Shown here piece by piece: positions 29,017-39,230 of a stretch of DNA of 64,000 bases. Each line of letters opens with the position of its first letter. Position 1 is the stretch's first letter. Source of the DNA: Dehalococcoidia bacterium (GTDB taxonomy: Bacteria > Chloroflexota > Dehalococcoidia > Bin125); the NCBI GenBank assembly GCA_965243125.1, contig OZ251529.1, positions 2,578,797-2,642,796 on the forward strand, read 5' to 3'. The position numbers and the translations under genes are program-made. A model generated the notes under the pieces. It searched no databases and was not told where the DNA came from. It saw only the letters and a list, made by a program, of their open reading frames with translations.

Positions 29017-30567
29017 TCAGTCGATCCGCTTGCGATACTGCACCGCCTCGGCGACGTGCTGGACGGTGATGTTTTCCGAGCCGGCCAGGTCCGCGATGGT
29101 GCGCGAAACCTTGAGCACGCGGTGGAAACCGCGCGCGGAGAGGTTGAGCCGATCGACCGCCTCGCGCACCAGCGTCTCGGCGGCGTTGTCCAGATGATCC
29201 ATGCAGTGGCGGCGCACATCGCGGGCGGTCAGCGCCGCGTTGGAGCGCGGCCCGCCCCCGCCGTGCCGCGCGTGCTGGAGCTTGCGCGCGGCGACGACCC
29301 GCTCGCGCACCGCAGCCGACGGCTCGCCCGGCGGCGCTTCGGTACCGTCGGCGGCCCGCATCAGCTTCTGCACCGCCACGCGCGGCACATCGACGAACAG
29401 ATCGATCCGATCCAGCACCGGTCCCGAGATGCGCCGCTGGTAACGATGCACGGCTGAATCGGCGCAGGTGCAGGGTTGCTCGGAGCCGAAGTTGCCGCAG
29501 GGACAGGGATTCATCGCGCCGATCAGCGTGATGTCGGCCGGATAGGTCACCGCGCCGTGCGCGCGGGAGATCGTGACCTTGCGATCCTCCAGCGGCTGGC
29601 GCAGCGCCTCCAGCGCGCGCACGCTGAACTCCGGCAGCTCGTCGAGAAAGAGCACACCGCGATGCGCCATCGTGATCTCGCCCGGACGCAGCCGCTGGCC
29701 GCCGCCGACCAGCCCGGCGTTGGAGATCGTGTGGTGCGGCGAGCGGAACGGCCGCCGCCGAACCAGCCGCGTCCCGGCCGTGCCGACGCCCGCGACGCTG
29801 GCGATCTGCGTCACCTCCAGCGCCTCATCGATGGTCAGCGGCGGCAGAATGCCGGGCAGGCAGGAGGCGAGCAGTGTCTTGCCCGCGCCCGGCGGTCCGT
29901 TCATCAGCAGATTATGTCCGCCCGCGGCGGCGACCTCCAGCGCCCGCTTCACGTGCTCCTGGCCGCGCACCTCTTCGAAATCGTGCGTGTCGGCGTCGGG
30001 CGGCGGCTCTTCGCTGAGATCGGGTCCGGAGCGCCAGATCGCGTCGCTTAGCGGGCGCTCCTCGGTCGCGATCGCGATCCAGTCGCGCAGCGAATCGACG
30101 GCGACCACCTCGATGCCGTCGATCAGCGCGGCTTCGTCGGCGTCCACCGTGGGCACCACGATCCGGCTGACCTCGGCGTCGCGCGCGGCGGCGGCCACGG
30201 AGAGCACGCCGCGCACATGCCGCAACTCGCCGTCCAGCGCCAACTCGCCCAGGAAGAGCGTGTCCTCCACGGCGCTCTCGCAGATTTGGCCGGTGGCGAC
30301 CAGCATCCCGACCGCAATCGGCAGGTCGTAGCCCGCCCCCTCCTTGCGCAGGTGCGCAGGCGCGAGATTGACCGTGACGCGCTTGGTGGGGAAGCCCGCG
30401 CCGGCGTTGCGAATCGCCGAGCGCACCCGCTCGCGCGCCTCGTCCACCGCCGCGTCGGGCAGCCCCACAATCGTCGTTTTCGGCACTCCGCTGGAGATAT
30501 CCACCTCCACGCAGATCGGCTCGCCGTCGAGCCCGACCACCGCGCCGCCGTGTACCCGTGTGTGCAT
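29017..30567 (-). CDS. YifB/ComM family Mg-chelatase-like AAA+ ATPase
   Basis: Start set at ATG 30567 (MHTRVHGGAVVGLDGEPICVEVDIS). It has Walker A GPPGAGKT, GVLFLDELPEF (Walker B) and a C-terminal ARGFHRVLKVSRTIADL. Confidence 0.9.
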   Translation of the reverse strand: MHTRVHGGAVVGLDGEPICVEVDISSGVPKTTIVGLPDAAVDEARERVRSAIRNAGAGFPTKRVTVNLAPAHLRKEGAGYDLPIAVGMLVATGQICESAVEDTLFLGELALDGELRHVRGVLSVAAAARDAEVSRIVVPTVDADEAALIDGIEVVAVDSLRDWIAIATEERPLSDAIWRSGPDLSEEPPPDADTHDFEEVRGQEHVKRALEVAAAGGHNLLMNGPPGAGKTLLASCLPGILPPLTIDEALEVTQIASVAGVGTAGTRLVRRRPFRSPHHTISNAGLVGGGQRLRPGEITMAHRGVLFLDELPEFSVRALEALRQPLEDRKVTISRAHGAVTYPADITLIGAMNPCPCGNFGSEQPCTCADSAVHRYQRRISGPVLDRIDLFVDVPRVAVQKLMRAADGTEAPPGEPSAAVRERVVAARKLQHARHGGGGPRSNAALTARDVRRHCMDHLDNAAETLVREAVDRLNLSARGFHRVLKVSRTIADLAGSENITVQHVAEAVQYRKRID

Positions 30568-30782
30568 GATGACTCCCTTTCTGTCAGACATGCTGCCTGA
30601 CGCGCTTCGCCAGACTGTTCTGTCGGACGTGTGCTCGGAACGCCCGTTCGCTCGTATCCTAGAACACACATTCAGCCGCGCGCAAGCCCCTGCCCCCACG
30701 CTCACATGCTGGCGTAACCTGATGGTCCGCCAGCGGACGACAGCCCGCGCGAGACCGCGCGACAGACGATCGGGAGGATGCG

Positions 30783-31916
30783 ATGACCTACAGCCCGGAC
30801 CTGTTCCCCGTGCTCGATGAAATGGCGTTCTTCAACCACGCCGGCGTCTCGCCGCTGCCCACGCCCGCCGCCGACGCCGTGCGCGCCTATGTGGAGCACG
30901 CCACGCGGCGCGGCTGGACGGACTCCAACTGGGTGGAGGAGATCGACGCGCTGCGCGAGGATGCCGCCAAACTGCTCGGCGCGCGCGGCGGGCACGAGAT
31001 CGGAATGGTGCCCAACACCGCGACCGGACTCTCGATCGTCGCCGGCAGCCTGCCCTGGCAGGCCGGCGACCACGTCGTCGTGACCGACGCCGAGTACCCA
31101 TCCAACCGTCACACCTGGACGGCGCTGGGCGCAAAAGGCGTGGAGATCGACATCGTCGCGGCGCAGCCCGACGGGCGCATCCCCACCGAGGACGTCGTCG
31201 CCGCAATCGGCCAACGCACGCAGCTGGTTGCGATCTCGCACGTGCAGTGGGGCTCCGGCTTCCGCAGCCCTCTGCGCCCGCTGGCCGACGCCGTCCACGC
31301 GCAGGGCGGGCTGATCGCCGTGGACGCGATCCAGTCGGCGGGCGCGATGCCGATCGACGTGGTCGGCGACGACATCGACTTCCTCGCCGCCGGCGGGCAC
31401 AAGTGGCTGCTCGGCCCGACCGGTTCGGGGTTGCTCTACGTGCGCGAGAACCTGATCGCCGAGATGATCCCGCCGCTGCTCGGCGCGAGCAGCATGATCG
31501 ACGGCCTGGAGCACGGCGGCGAGACGATTCTGCTCAAAGAAGACGCCAGCCGCTTCGAGCCGGGCGCAAGCCCCACGGCGACGCTGCTCGGCCTGCGCGG
31601 CGCGGTCTCGCTGCTGCTGGAGATCGGACTGGAGACCGTCTGGTCTCAGCTCAGCGACATCACCGATCTGCTCTGCGAGGGTCTGGCCTCAATCGGCTGC
31701 AACGTCTTCTCCCCGCGCGGCGCTGCGGAGCGCAGCGGAATCGTCTGCTTCGACCGCCCGCCCGCCCTCGCGGAGCGGGAAACGCTCGACGAAACCTGGG
31801 AGCTCCTCGGCGAGCAGCAGATCGCTACCGCAATCCGCTTCAACCGCCTCCGCGCCTCCCCCCACTTCTACACCCCGCCCGAGCATGTGGAGCGGCTGGT
31901 AGCCGCGCTGGCCTAA
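30783..31916 (+). CDS. Class V aminotransferase / cysteine desulfurase-like PLP enzyme
   Basis: It has a strong SD (gggagga) 5 nt before the ATG and a PLP-lysine context FLAAGGHKWLLGPTGSG. Confidence 0.85.
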   Translation: MTYSPDLFPVLDEMAFFNHAGVSPLPTPAADAVRAYVEHATRRGWTDSNWVEEIDALREDAAKLLGARGGHEIGMVPNTATGLSIVAGSLPWQAGDHVVVTDAEYPSNRHTWTALGAKGVEIDIVAAQPDGRIPTEDVVAAIGQRTQLVAISHVQWGSGFRSPLRPLADAVHAQGGLIAVDAIQSAGAMPIDVVGDDIDFLAAGGHKWLLGPTGSGLLYVRENLIAEMIPPLLGASSMIDGLEHGGETILLKEDASRFEPGASPTATLLGLRGAVSLLLEIGLETVWSQLSDITDLLCEGLASIGCNVFSPRGAAERSGIVCFDRPPALAERETLDETWELLGEQQIATAIRFNRLRASPHFYTPPEHVERLVAALA

Positions 31917-31926
31917 GCGCCGCTCA

Positions 31927-32182
31927 GGGAAATCGCCCCCCTATGCAGGGGGGGGCGCCGCGCCGCGCCGCGGGGGGTCGGTGCGGAGTCTGCGCTGTGC
32001 TCGGGGCGCCGGACCGACCCCCCAGTCCGCTGGAAGCGGACAGCCCCCCTGCACAGGGGGGCGATTCCGGCCTCTCCCCCCATCCTGGGGGGAGATTGAG
32101 AGGGGGGCTCCGTCCGCGCACGCAGAACCCCCCCGTAGCCCCCCCACGATGGGGGGCGATTCGGAAGGAGCGATTCCGCAGC
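31927..32182. repeat. Mosaic GC-rich hairpin repeat (family 2), near full-length composite copy
   Basis: All modules are present in one copy, between convergent genes: gaaatcgcccccctatgcagggggg / gcgccgcg..cggggggtcgg / gtgctcggggcgccggaccgaccccccagtccgc..gcggacagcccccctgcacaggggggcgattcc / cctctccccccatcctggggggagattgagagggggg / cccccgtagcccccccacgatgggggg. Confidence 0.9.
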
Positions 32183-32199
32183 GGGCGGGGAGCGCGGCG

Positions 32200-33390
32200 C
32201 TAGAGGGCGTCGTAGAGCAGGTCGATCAATCGTCTCACGTGGCGGTGCTGCCAGCCGGCGCGGCCGCGATTCATGACGTAGCCGAAGCCGAGGGCGGCCT
32301 TGCGATCGGCGAAGCCGAGCGAGCCGCCGCCGCCGAAATGGCCGAAGGTTTCGGGGTTGGGGCCGAGCGGACGCTCACGCATCGCCAGCTGGAAGCCGCT
32401 GCCGAAGCGGGTCGCGCGGCCCAGCACGCGATCGAGGCCGTAGACCTGCTCGGCCGAGGCGGCGGCGATGGTGGGCGGCGCGAGGAGCTGCGCTCCTCCG
32501 GCGGCGGTGGTGGGCGGCGCGCCGTCGGTCGCCAGCGCGCCGTAGAGGCGGGCGAGGGCGCGGGCGTTGCCGTGGCCGTTGGTGGAGGGGAACTCGGCGG
32601 CGCGGTACTCGCGGCTGTTCTGGCTGCCGGGGCCCCGCTCGATCATCGGCGGGTTGCGGTTGGCGAGCAGTTGCAGCGGGTTGGGCGGCGAGCGCACGAG
32701 GTCGGGCGGCTGCTGCATCGGCAGCATGTCGGCGGTGCGGGCGTCGTCGGCCGCCTTCGTGCCGAAGTGGAAGTCGATGCCCAGCGGCTCGCCGATTTCC
32801 TGCCGGAGGAACGCGCCGATCCGCGTTCCGGTTGCGCGGCGGATCAGTTCGCCGATCAGGAAGCCCTGGGTGTTGGAGTGATAGCCATGCGCGGTACCCG
32901 GCGGCCACCAGGGTTCCTGCGCGGCGAGCGCGCCGCACATGATGTCCCAGCGCAGTTGCGAACCGCGCGGCAGCGGGCGTCGGATCGCCGGCAGCCCGGC
33001 CTGGTGGGTGAGCAGCCAGCGGATGCGCACATCCTCTTTGCCCGCTTGCGCAAACTCGGGCCACCATTCGGCGACGCGCCCGTCGATATCGAGTGCGCCG
33101 CGCTCGACGAGCCGCCAGACAAGGATCGCGGCGACGGCTTTGCCGACGGAGTAGCAGCAAACGAGCGTGTTTTGCGCCCACGGCGTGCTGTGCGCGGCGT
33201 CGGTCCAGCCGCCCCAGAGGTCGAGCACGGGCTCGCCGCGCAGCGTGACCGCGAGCGCTGCGCCGGTCTCGCTGCCGGCGGCGAAGTTCTCCCGGAAGGC
33301 GTCGCGGACGGCGGCGAAGCGGGGGTCGCACTCGCCCTGCACGGGGGCGTCGGCGGGCGAGGGGAGCTCCCGGCGCTGCGGCAAGGTCAC
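32200..33390 (-). CDS. Serine hydrolase, beta-lactamase (class C/esterase) family
   Basis: It has the SxxK motif YSVGKAV. GTGA overlap with the prmC stop. Confidence 0.82.
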   Translation of the reverse strand: MTLPQRRELPSPADAPVQGECDPRFAAVRDAFRENFAAGSETGAALAVTLRGEPVLDLWGGWTDAAHSTPWAQNTLVCCYSVGKAVAAILVWRLVERGALDIDGRVAEWWPEFAQAGKEDVRIRWLLTHQAGLPAIRRPLPRGSQLRWDIMCGALAAQEPWWPPGTAHGYHSNTQGFLIGELIRRATGTRIGAFLRQEIGEPLGIDFHFGTKAADDARTADMLPMQQPPDLVRSPPNPLQLLANRNPPMIERGPGSQNSREYRAAEFPSTNGHGNARALARLYGALATDGAPPTTAAGGAQLLAPPTIAAASAEQVYGLDRVLGRATRFGSGFQLAMRERPLGPNPETFGHFGGGGSLGFADRKAALGFGYVMNRGRAGWQHRHVRRLIDLLYDAL

Positions 33391-34259
33391 GCGACGATGC
33401 TCAGGGCGCGGGGGCGCTCGGAGAAGTCGTTGAGCACGCGCACGGTCGCGTCGGGCAGCAGTTGGGCGGCGCTGGAGGCGAGTACGTCCTCCTGGCCCGG
33501 GTCGAGCTCGAGCACCGCGATGCCGTTGGGCGCGAGGCGCGGGCGCAACTGGGTGAGTAGCCGCAGCTGCAGCGCGGCGCCGTTGCGCCCCGGCGTGAGC
33601 GCCTGACGCGGCTCGTGCTGCGCGACCTCCGGCTCGAGTTGTGGCAGCCGCTCCTCCGGGATGTAAGGGAGGTTGGCGACGATGCAGTGAAACGGCCCCT
33701 GCAGCGGGGTGAGCAGGTCGCCCTGCACGAAGTCGGCGCTGGCGCGGCGCAGCAGCCGCGCGGCGTTTTCGCGCGCGACGCTCAGCGCGGCGGCGGAGAT
33801 ATCGGTGGCGACCAGCCGCGCGCCGCGGCGGTGGTGGGCGATCGCGATCCCCACCGCGCCCGAGCCCGCGCCGACATCGGCGATCCGCGCGCCGCGCACC
33901 CGCGCCTTGCGCAGGTGATCGAGCGCGGTGTCGACCAACAGCTCCGATTCAGGCCGCGGGATCAGCACATCGGGCGTGACGCGGAATTCGAGCCGATAGA
34001 ACTCGCGCGAGCCGGTGATGTAGGCCAGCGGGCGGCGCTCGATCCGCTCTTCAAGCAGCTCGAAGAAGCGGTCGAAATCCCGCTTCGTCATCGGGTCGGT
34101 CAGCGTCGCGTAAAACTGCGCGCGGTTGCGGCTGGTGGCGTGGCGCAGCAATACCTCGGCCTCGAAGCGGGCGTCGCCGATGCCGGCCTTCTCGAGCAGC
34201 TGGGTAGCCGACATCCAGACATCGCGCAGGTTGACGATCTCGTCGCCGCCGCCGCTCAC
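33387..34259 (-). CDS. prmC: Release factor glutamine N5-methyltransferase PrmC/HemK
   Basis: It has ADVGAGSGAVGIA (SAM motif) and the NPPY-type motif ANLPYIP. I start it at the in-frame GTG 34259, which overlaps the prfA stop (GTGA). ATG 34214 is the alternative. Track codons upstream of 34259 are shadow. Confidence 0.85.
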   Translation of the reverse strand: MSGGGDEIVNLRDVWMSATQLLEKAGIGDARFEAEVLLRHATSRNRAQFYATLTDPMTKRDFDRFFELLEERIERRPLAYITGSREFYRLEFRVTPDVLIPRPESELLVDTALDHLRKARVRGARIADVGAGSGAVGIAIAHHRRGARLVATDISAAALSVARENAARLLRRASADFVQGDLLTPLQGPFHCIVANLPYIPEERLPQLEPEVAQHEPRQALTPGRNGAALQLRLLTQLRPRLAPNGIAVLELDPGQEDVLASSAAQLLPDATVRVLNDFSERPRALSIVA

Positions 34260-35326
34260 GCGCCGGCCTCCGCCAGCAGCCGCGCCTCTTCCGCCACCGC
34301 CGCCGCGTCGATCATCGGGTCGAGGTTGCCGTCGAGCAGGCCGCCGAGGTCGTGGCGGGTCAGCCCGATGCGGTGGTCGGTGACGCGGTTTTCGGGGAAG
34401 TTGTAGGTGCGGATTTTCTCGGCGCGCTCGCCGCTGCCGACCTGCGCGCGGCGAGCGTCGGCGCGTTCGGCCTGTCGCGCTTGTTCCTGCATCTCGTAGA
34501 GCCGCGCGCGCAGCACCGAACGCGCCTTGATTTTGTTCTTCAGCTGCGAGCGTTCGTCGGTGCAGGTCACCACGATGCCGCTCGGCTCGTGCGTCAGCCG
34601 CACGCCGGTCTGCACCTTGTTCACGTTCTGCCCGCCCGCGCCGCCGGAGTGAAAGAGATCGAGGCGGATATCGGCCTCGTCCAGTTCCACATCGAACTCC
34701 TCGGCCTGGGGCAGCACGGCGACGGAGGCGGTGGAAGTGTGGATACGCCCCTGCGCCTCGGTTTCGGGCACGCGCTGCACGCGGTGGACGCCGCGCTCGT
34801 ACTTGAGCCGCGAGAACGCGCCGTCGCCGTCGATCTCGCAGATCACCTCCTTGACTCCGCCGGCCGCGTTCTCGCTGAGGCTGAGCACATCGGTCTTCCA
34901 TTTCTGGGTTTCGGCGTAGCGGACGTAGGCGCGCAGCAGGTCGCCGGCCCAGAGCCCGGCTTCGTCGCCGCCGACGCCGGCGCGGATTTCGACGATCACG
35001 CTGCGCTCGTCGTTGGGGTCGCGCGGCAGCAGCGCGCGGCGCGCCTCCTGCTCAAGCTGCTCGATTCGCTCGGTCAGCTCGTCGAGCTCCGCCTGCGCCA
35101 GCTCGCGCAGCTCGGCATCGTCGGTATCGTTCAGCACTTCGCGGGCCTGCGCAAGGCCGCCGCTGGCCTGCTCCCAGTCGTCGAGCAGCTGCACGACGGG
35201 CTGGAGCGAGGCGTGCTCCCGCGCCAGCGTCTGGAGCCGCGCCGGATCGGTGCTCACGGCGGGGTCGGCCAGCTCGCGCTCGATCGCGTCGCGCCGTTCG
35301 CGCACGGCCTGGAGTTTCTCCCACAT
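34256..35326 (-). CDS. prfA: Peptide chain release factor 1
   Basis: It has the GGQ motif SGGAGGQNVNKV and the RF1-type P-x-T motif in RVQRVPETEAQGRIHTS. Confidence 0.95.
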   Translation of the reverse strand: MWEKLQAVRERRDAIERELADPAVSTDPARLQTLAREHASLQPVVQLLDDWEQASGGLAQAREVLNDTDDAELRELAQAELDELTERIEQLEQEARRALLPRDPNDERSVIVEIRAGVGGDEAGLWAGDLLRAYVRYAETQKWKTDVLSLSENAAGGVKEVICEIDGDGAFSRLKYERGVHRVQRVPETEAQGRIHTSTASVAVLPQAEEFDVELDEADIRLDLFHSGGAGGQNVNKVQTGVRLTHEPSGIVVTCTDERSQLKNKIKARSVLRARLYEMQEQARQAERADARRAQVGSGERAEKIRTYNFPENRVTDHRIGLTRHDLGGLLDGNLDPMIDAAAVAEEARLLAEAGA

Positions 35327-35365
35327 GATGCGCGGCTCCGCGATCGTTCGGTCTCTTCGGGCGGC

Positions 35366-36673
35366 TCAGTCGCGCTCAGTATATGGAGCGCCGCCGCCGG
35401 CCTCTGTGATTTCGGCTACGACGGCGTCGAGCGACAGATCGCGCTGCTCGCCGCTGCTCATCTCGCGCAGGGTGACGGCGCCCGCGGCGAGGTCGCGCTC
35501 GCCGACGATGATCGCCCAGCGGCAGCCCGACCGCCCGGCGTGCCGCAGTTGCGCCTTGAGCGAGCGCCCGCCGAAGGCCAGCGTCGCCGACACGCCCGCC
35601 CGCCGCAACCGCCCCGCCAGCCCGCCGGCCGCGGATGCCACGCCCGCGCCGAGCGTCGCGATCACCACTTCCGGCTGCTCCTCGTCGTCCTCGGCCAGGC
35701 CCTGTTCGCGCAGCTGGAGGGCGAAGCGATCGATGCCCATCCCGAAGCCGATGCCCGGCGTCGGCGGCCCGCCGATCTGCTCGATCAGCCCGTCGTAGCG
35801 CCCGCCGGCCAGCAGCGTGGTCTGCGATCCCTCGGCCGAGCCCGGCACGAGCTCGAAGACGGTGTGCGTGTAGTAATCCAGGCCGCGCACCAGGCTGGGG
35901 CGCTCCTCGTAGCGGATGCCGAGCGCGTCCAGCTGCGCCTTGACCGCCGCGTAGTAAGCGGCGGACTCGTCGCTGAGGTGATCCGTGATCAGCGGCGTGC
36001 CCTGCTGATACGGGCGCGTCCGCTCGTCCTTGCTGTCGAGCAGCCGCATCGGCGCGCGCTGGAAGCGAGCGCGGTCGTCGGGCGCAATGCGGTCCAGATG
36101 CGGCTCGAAGTGCGCCTTCAGCTTGGGCACGTAGGCGCGGCGATCCTCGAGATCGCCGATGCTGTTGATCAGCAGCGTTAGATCGCCCAGCCCGAGTCGC
36201 TCCGCGATCCGCCAGCCGAGATCGATCACCTCCGCGTCGAGCGCCGCGTCGCGCACGCCCAGCGCCTCCACGCCGAACTGCGTGTGCTGGCGGAAGCGGC
36301 CCGCCTGCGGGCGCTCGTAGCGGAACATCGGCGCGACGTAGGCCAGTTTGACCGGCTGCGGCAGATTGGCCATCCCGTGCTGGAGATAGGCGCGGCAGAC
36401 CGAGGCCGTGCCCTCCGGGCGCAGCGCCAGACGATCGCCGCCGCGATCCTCGAAGACGTACATCTCTTTCTCGACGATGTCCGTCGCCTCGCCCACGCCG
36501 CGCGAGTAGAGCTCGGCGCTCTCAAACGTGGGCGGCTCGATGAAGCCGTAGCCGCAGAGCCGCGCCTGCTCGCGCGCCGCGGCGACGATTCGGTCGCGCA
36601 CGCGATGCTCGGCGGGCAGCAGGTCGCGCGTGCCGCGCGGCGCCTGGAACGCCTGGAACATCGATCGGTCCAA
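35366..36673 (-). CDS. hisS: Histidine--tRNA ligase
   Basis: It has APRGTRDLLP, class II motifs (MFRYERPQAGRFRQHTQ, GGGRYDGL-like LAGGRYDGLI) and an anticodon-binding C-terminus. The start could also be ATG 36661. Confidence 0.93.
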   Translation of the reverse strand: MDRSMFQAFQAPRGTRDLLPAEHRVRDRIVAAAREQARLCGYGFIEPPTFESAELYSRGVGEATDIVEKEMYVFEDRGGDRLALRPEGTASVCRAYLQHGMANLPQPVKLAYVAPMFRYERPQAGRFRQHTQFGVEALGVRDAALDAEVIDLGWRIAERLGLGDLTLLINSIGDLEDRRAYVPKLKAHFEPHLDRIAPDDRARFQRAPMRLLDSKDERTRPYQQGTPLITDHLSDESAAYYAAVKAQLDALGIRYEERPSLVRGLDYYTHTVFELVPGSAEGSQTTLLAGGRYDGLIEQIGGPPTPGIGFGMGIDRFALQLREQGLAEDDEEQPEVVIATLGAGVASAAGGLAGRLRRAGVSATLAFGGRSLKAQLRHAGRSGCRWAIIVGERDLAAGAVTLREMSSGEQRDLSLDAVVAEITEAGGGAPYTERD

Positions 36674-36755
36674 TCACTTCCGTCGTGGGCGAACTCAGCG
36701 TACAGCGGCCGCCCCAAATGCTGATCAATCGCGCCGATGCGCGTACATTGTGGCT

Positions 36756-39011
36756 ATGACCACCGCCGGCCCGACCACCGCCCCTGCCGCCTCGGCCGCC
36801 TCGGCCGCCTCGGCCGCCAAGCCCGATACCGCGGACCGCTCGCTGCACCCGGCCTTCGACGACCTGACGGGCGTGCTCGAGGGCTACCTCGCGCCCGAGG
36901 AGCTCGCGCAGGTCGAGCGCGCCTACGAGTTCGCCCGCAGCGCCCACAGCGGACACCTGCGGCGCTCCGGGCACCCTTACATCTCACACCCGCTGGCGGC
37001 CGCGATCGTCTGCGCCGAGCTGCAGCTCGACGTGCCCGCCGTGCAGGCCGCGCTGCTGCACGACGTGATGGAGGACTGCGGCATCACCCGCGCCGAACTG
37101 GTCGACGCCTTCGGCGTCGATGTGGCCAAGCTGGTCGACGGCGCGACCAAGCTCAGCGCGCTGCACCTGCCCGATGTCGAACACCCCGCCGTCGATGAGG
37201 ACGCGCAGGCCGAAAACCTGCGCAAGATGTTCATCGCCATGGCCGACGATGTGCGGGTCGTGATCGTCAAACTCGCCGACCGCCTGCACAACATGCGCAC
37301 GCTGGGCGCGATGCCGCCCGAGAAGCAGCGCCGCATCTCGCGCGAAACGATGGAAATCTACGCCCCGCTCGCCGCCCGGCTCGGCATCTGGCAGATCCGC
37401 GCGCAACTCGAAGACCTGTCCTTCAAATACCTCGAACCGGCCGCCTACGAGCGCGCCTCGCGGCTCGTCGCCGCGCGCCGCGAAACCCGCGAGCGCTACC
37501 TGCGCCAGCTGCGCCGCCAGCTCGAAAACGCGCTCGACGCCGCCGGGCTGCGCGCCGAGGTCAAGGGCCGCGTCAAACACCTCTACTCGATCCACCAGAA
37601 AATGCGCAAATACGCCGCGCAGGGCAAATCCTTCAGCGACATCTACGACCTGCTCGCGGTGCGCGTGCTGACCGAGTCGACCGCCGACTGCTACGCCGCG
37701 CTGGGCGTCGTCCACGGGATGTGGCGGCCGATCGCCGGCGAGTTCGACGACTACATCGCCAGCCCGCGGCCCAGCGGCTATCAGTCGCTGCACACCACCG
37801 CCTACTGGTCCTCCTCGCACCCCGTCGAGGTGCAGATCCGCACGCATCAGATGGACTACGACGCGGAGTACGGCGTCGCCGTCCACTGGCTCTACAAGGA
37901 GGGCCGCAACACCGACCCGGACGACCGCGAGCGGCTCTCCTGGCTGCGCCAGCTGGTCGACTGGCAGGGCGAGCTGCCGGGCAGCGGCGATTTCCTCGAA
38001 ACGCTGCGCAGCGACATCTTCCAGGATCAGGTCTTCGTCCACACCCCGGCCGGCGAGATCATCGCCCTGCGGCGCGGCGCGACGCCGCTCGACTTCGCCT
38101 TCCGCATCCACAGCGACGTCGGGACCTCCTGCGTCGGCGCGAAGGTCAATGGGCGGCTCGTCCAGCTCTCAACCCCGCTCGACAACGGCGATCTGGTCGA
38201 GATCGTGACCAGCCGCAACTCGCGCGGACCCAGCCGCGACTGGCTCAATCCCGCGCTCGGTTACGTCACCACCCAGACCGCGCGCACCAAAATCCGCCAG
38301 TGGTTCCGACGCCAACAGCGCGGCGAAAACATCGCCCGCGGGCGCGAAGAACTCGAGCGCGAACTGCGCCGCCTCGGCCTGCGGCTCTCCAATGTCGAGG
38401 ACGAAGTCGTCGCCGTCGCCGGCGGCAAAACGCTCGACGACGCACTGGCCTTAATCGGCGCCGGCGATCCGACGGCGCACCAGGTCGCGCTGCGCGTCGC
38501 CACGCCCGAAGAGGCCGCACCCGCCCCGCCGCCCGCGCGCCTGCCCGACGCCGCGCCGCCCGACGAGGACCTGGCCGGCTCCGTGCGCGTGCTCGGCGCG
38601 CCCAATGTGCTGACCCGTATCGCCGCCTGCTGCCAGCCGCGCCGCGGCGACCCGATCCGCGGCTACGTCACCCAGGGCCGCGGCGTCAGCGTTCACCGCA
38701 CCGATTGCCACAACGTCGTCCATACCGCCGAGCGCCACCGTCTGCTCGATCTGCAATGGACGCGCGGCGGCGGCAACTATGTCGCCCGCCTGCGCGTCGA
38801 CGGCTGGGACCGTGTCGGCTTCGCCCGCGACGTCGCCACCATCTGCGCCGACGAGGACGTGAACATGGTCTCGCTGACCACCAGCGAGCCGAACGGCGGC
38901 CAGGTCAGCATCAGCTTCAGCGTCGAAGCCGCCAACCTCGCCCAACTCCAGCGCCTAATTCACAAGCTCGACGACATCCGCGGCGTCCTGGCCGTAGAAC
39001 GCGAAACCTGA
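36756..39011 (+). CDS. relA: Bifunctional (p)ppGpp synthetase/hydrolase, RelA/SpoT (Rel) family
   Basis: Start set at ATG 36756. It has the HD domain HRRSGHPYISHPLAAA, the synthetase region RVKHLYSIHQKM and YQSLHTT, and TGS and C-terminal ACT-like regions. Confidence 0.93.
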   Translation: MTTAGPTTAPAASAASAASAAKPDTADRSLHPAFDDLTGVLEGYLAPEELAQVERAYEFARSAHSGHLRRSGHPYISHPLAAAIVCAELQLDVPAVQAALLHDVMEDCGITRAELVDAFGVDVAKLVDGATKLSALHLPDVEHPAVDEDAQAENLRKMFIAMADDVRVVIVKLADRLHNMRTLGAMPPEKQRRISRETMEIYAPLAARLGIWQIRAQLEDLSFKYLEPAAYERASRLVAARRETRERYLRQLRRQLENALDAAGLRAEVKGRVKHLYSIHQKMRKYAAQGKSFSDIYDLLAVRVLTESTADCYAALGVVHGMWRPIAGEFDDYIASPRPSGYQSLHTTAYWSSSHPVEVQIRTHQMDYDAEYGVAVHWLYKEGRNTDPDDRERLSWLRQLVDWQGELPGSGDFLETLRSDIFQDQVFVHTPAGEIIALRRGATPLDFAFRIHSDVGTSCVGAKVNGRLVQLSTPLDNGDLVEIVTSRNSRGPSRDWLNPALGYVTTQTARTKIRQWFRRQQRGENIARGREELERELRRLGLRLSNVEDEVVAVAGGKTLDDALALIGAGDPTAHQVALRVATPEEAAPAPPPARLPDAAPPDEDLAGSVRVLGAPNVLTRIAACCQPRRGDPIRGYVTQGRGVSVHRTDCHNVVHTAERHRLLDLQWTRGGGNYVARLRVDGWDRVGFARDVATICADEDVNMVSLTTSEPNGGQVSISFSVEAANLAQLQRLIHKLDDIRGVLAVERET

Positions 39012-39120
39012 GCCGGCGCCGGAATCACTCTTCAAGCAGCCGCAGCCGCTCCGGAAATCGCACTCCAAGCAGGGAGAGGGGCTGCCCCTCCGAAATCACG
39101 CTCCAAGCAGGGGCGCACCT

Positions 39121-39230
39121 TCGTCATTCCTGCCCCCTTGTCCGCCATCTCTGCGCCCTCCATCCGTCATTCCTGCCGCCCCCTTCCGCCATCCCTGCGC
39201 CCTCCTTCCGTCATTCCTGCCGCCCCCTTC
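39121..39230. repeat. Degenerate tandem array of family P half-sites (cgtcattcctgcc...)
   Basis: cgtcattcctgcc occurs at 39123, 39176 and 39210, with degenerate ccatc(c/t)ctgcgccctcc units between. It lies directly upstream of MITE copy A. Confidence 0.8.

Noticed and set aside
36674-36755. T-box or other leader upstream of hisS
   Set aside because: The divergent hisS/relA gap is only ~80 bp, too short for a T-box leader, and I see no specifier or terminator structure.
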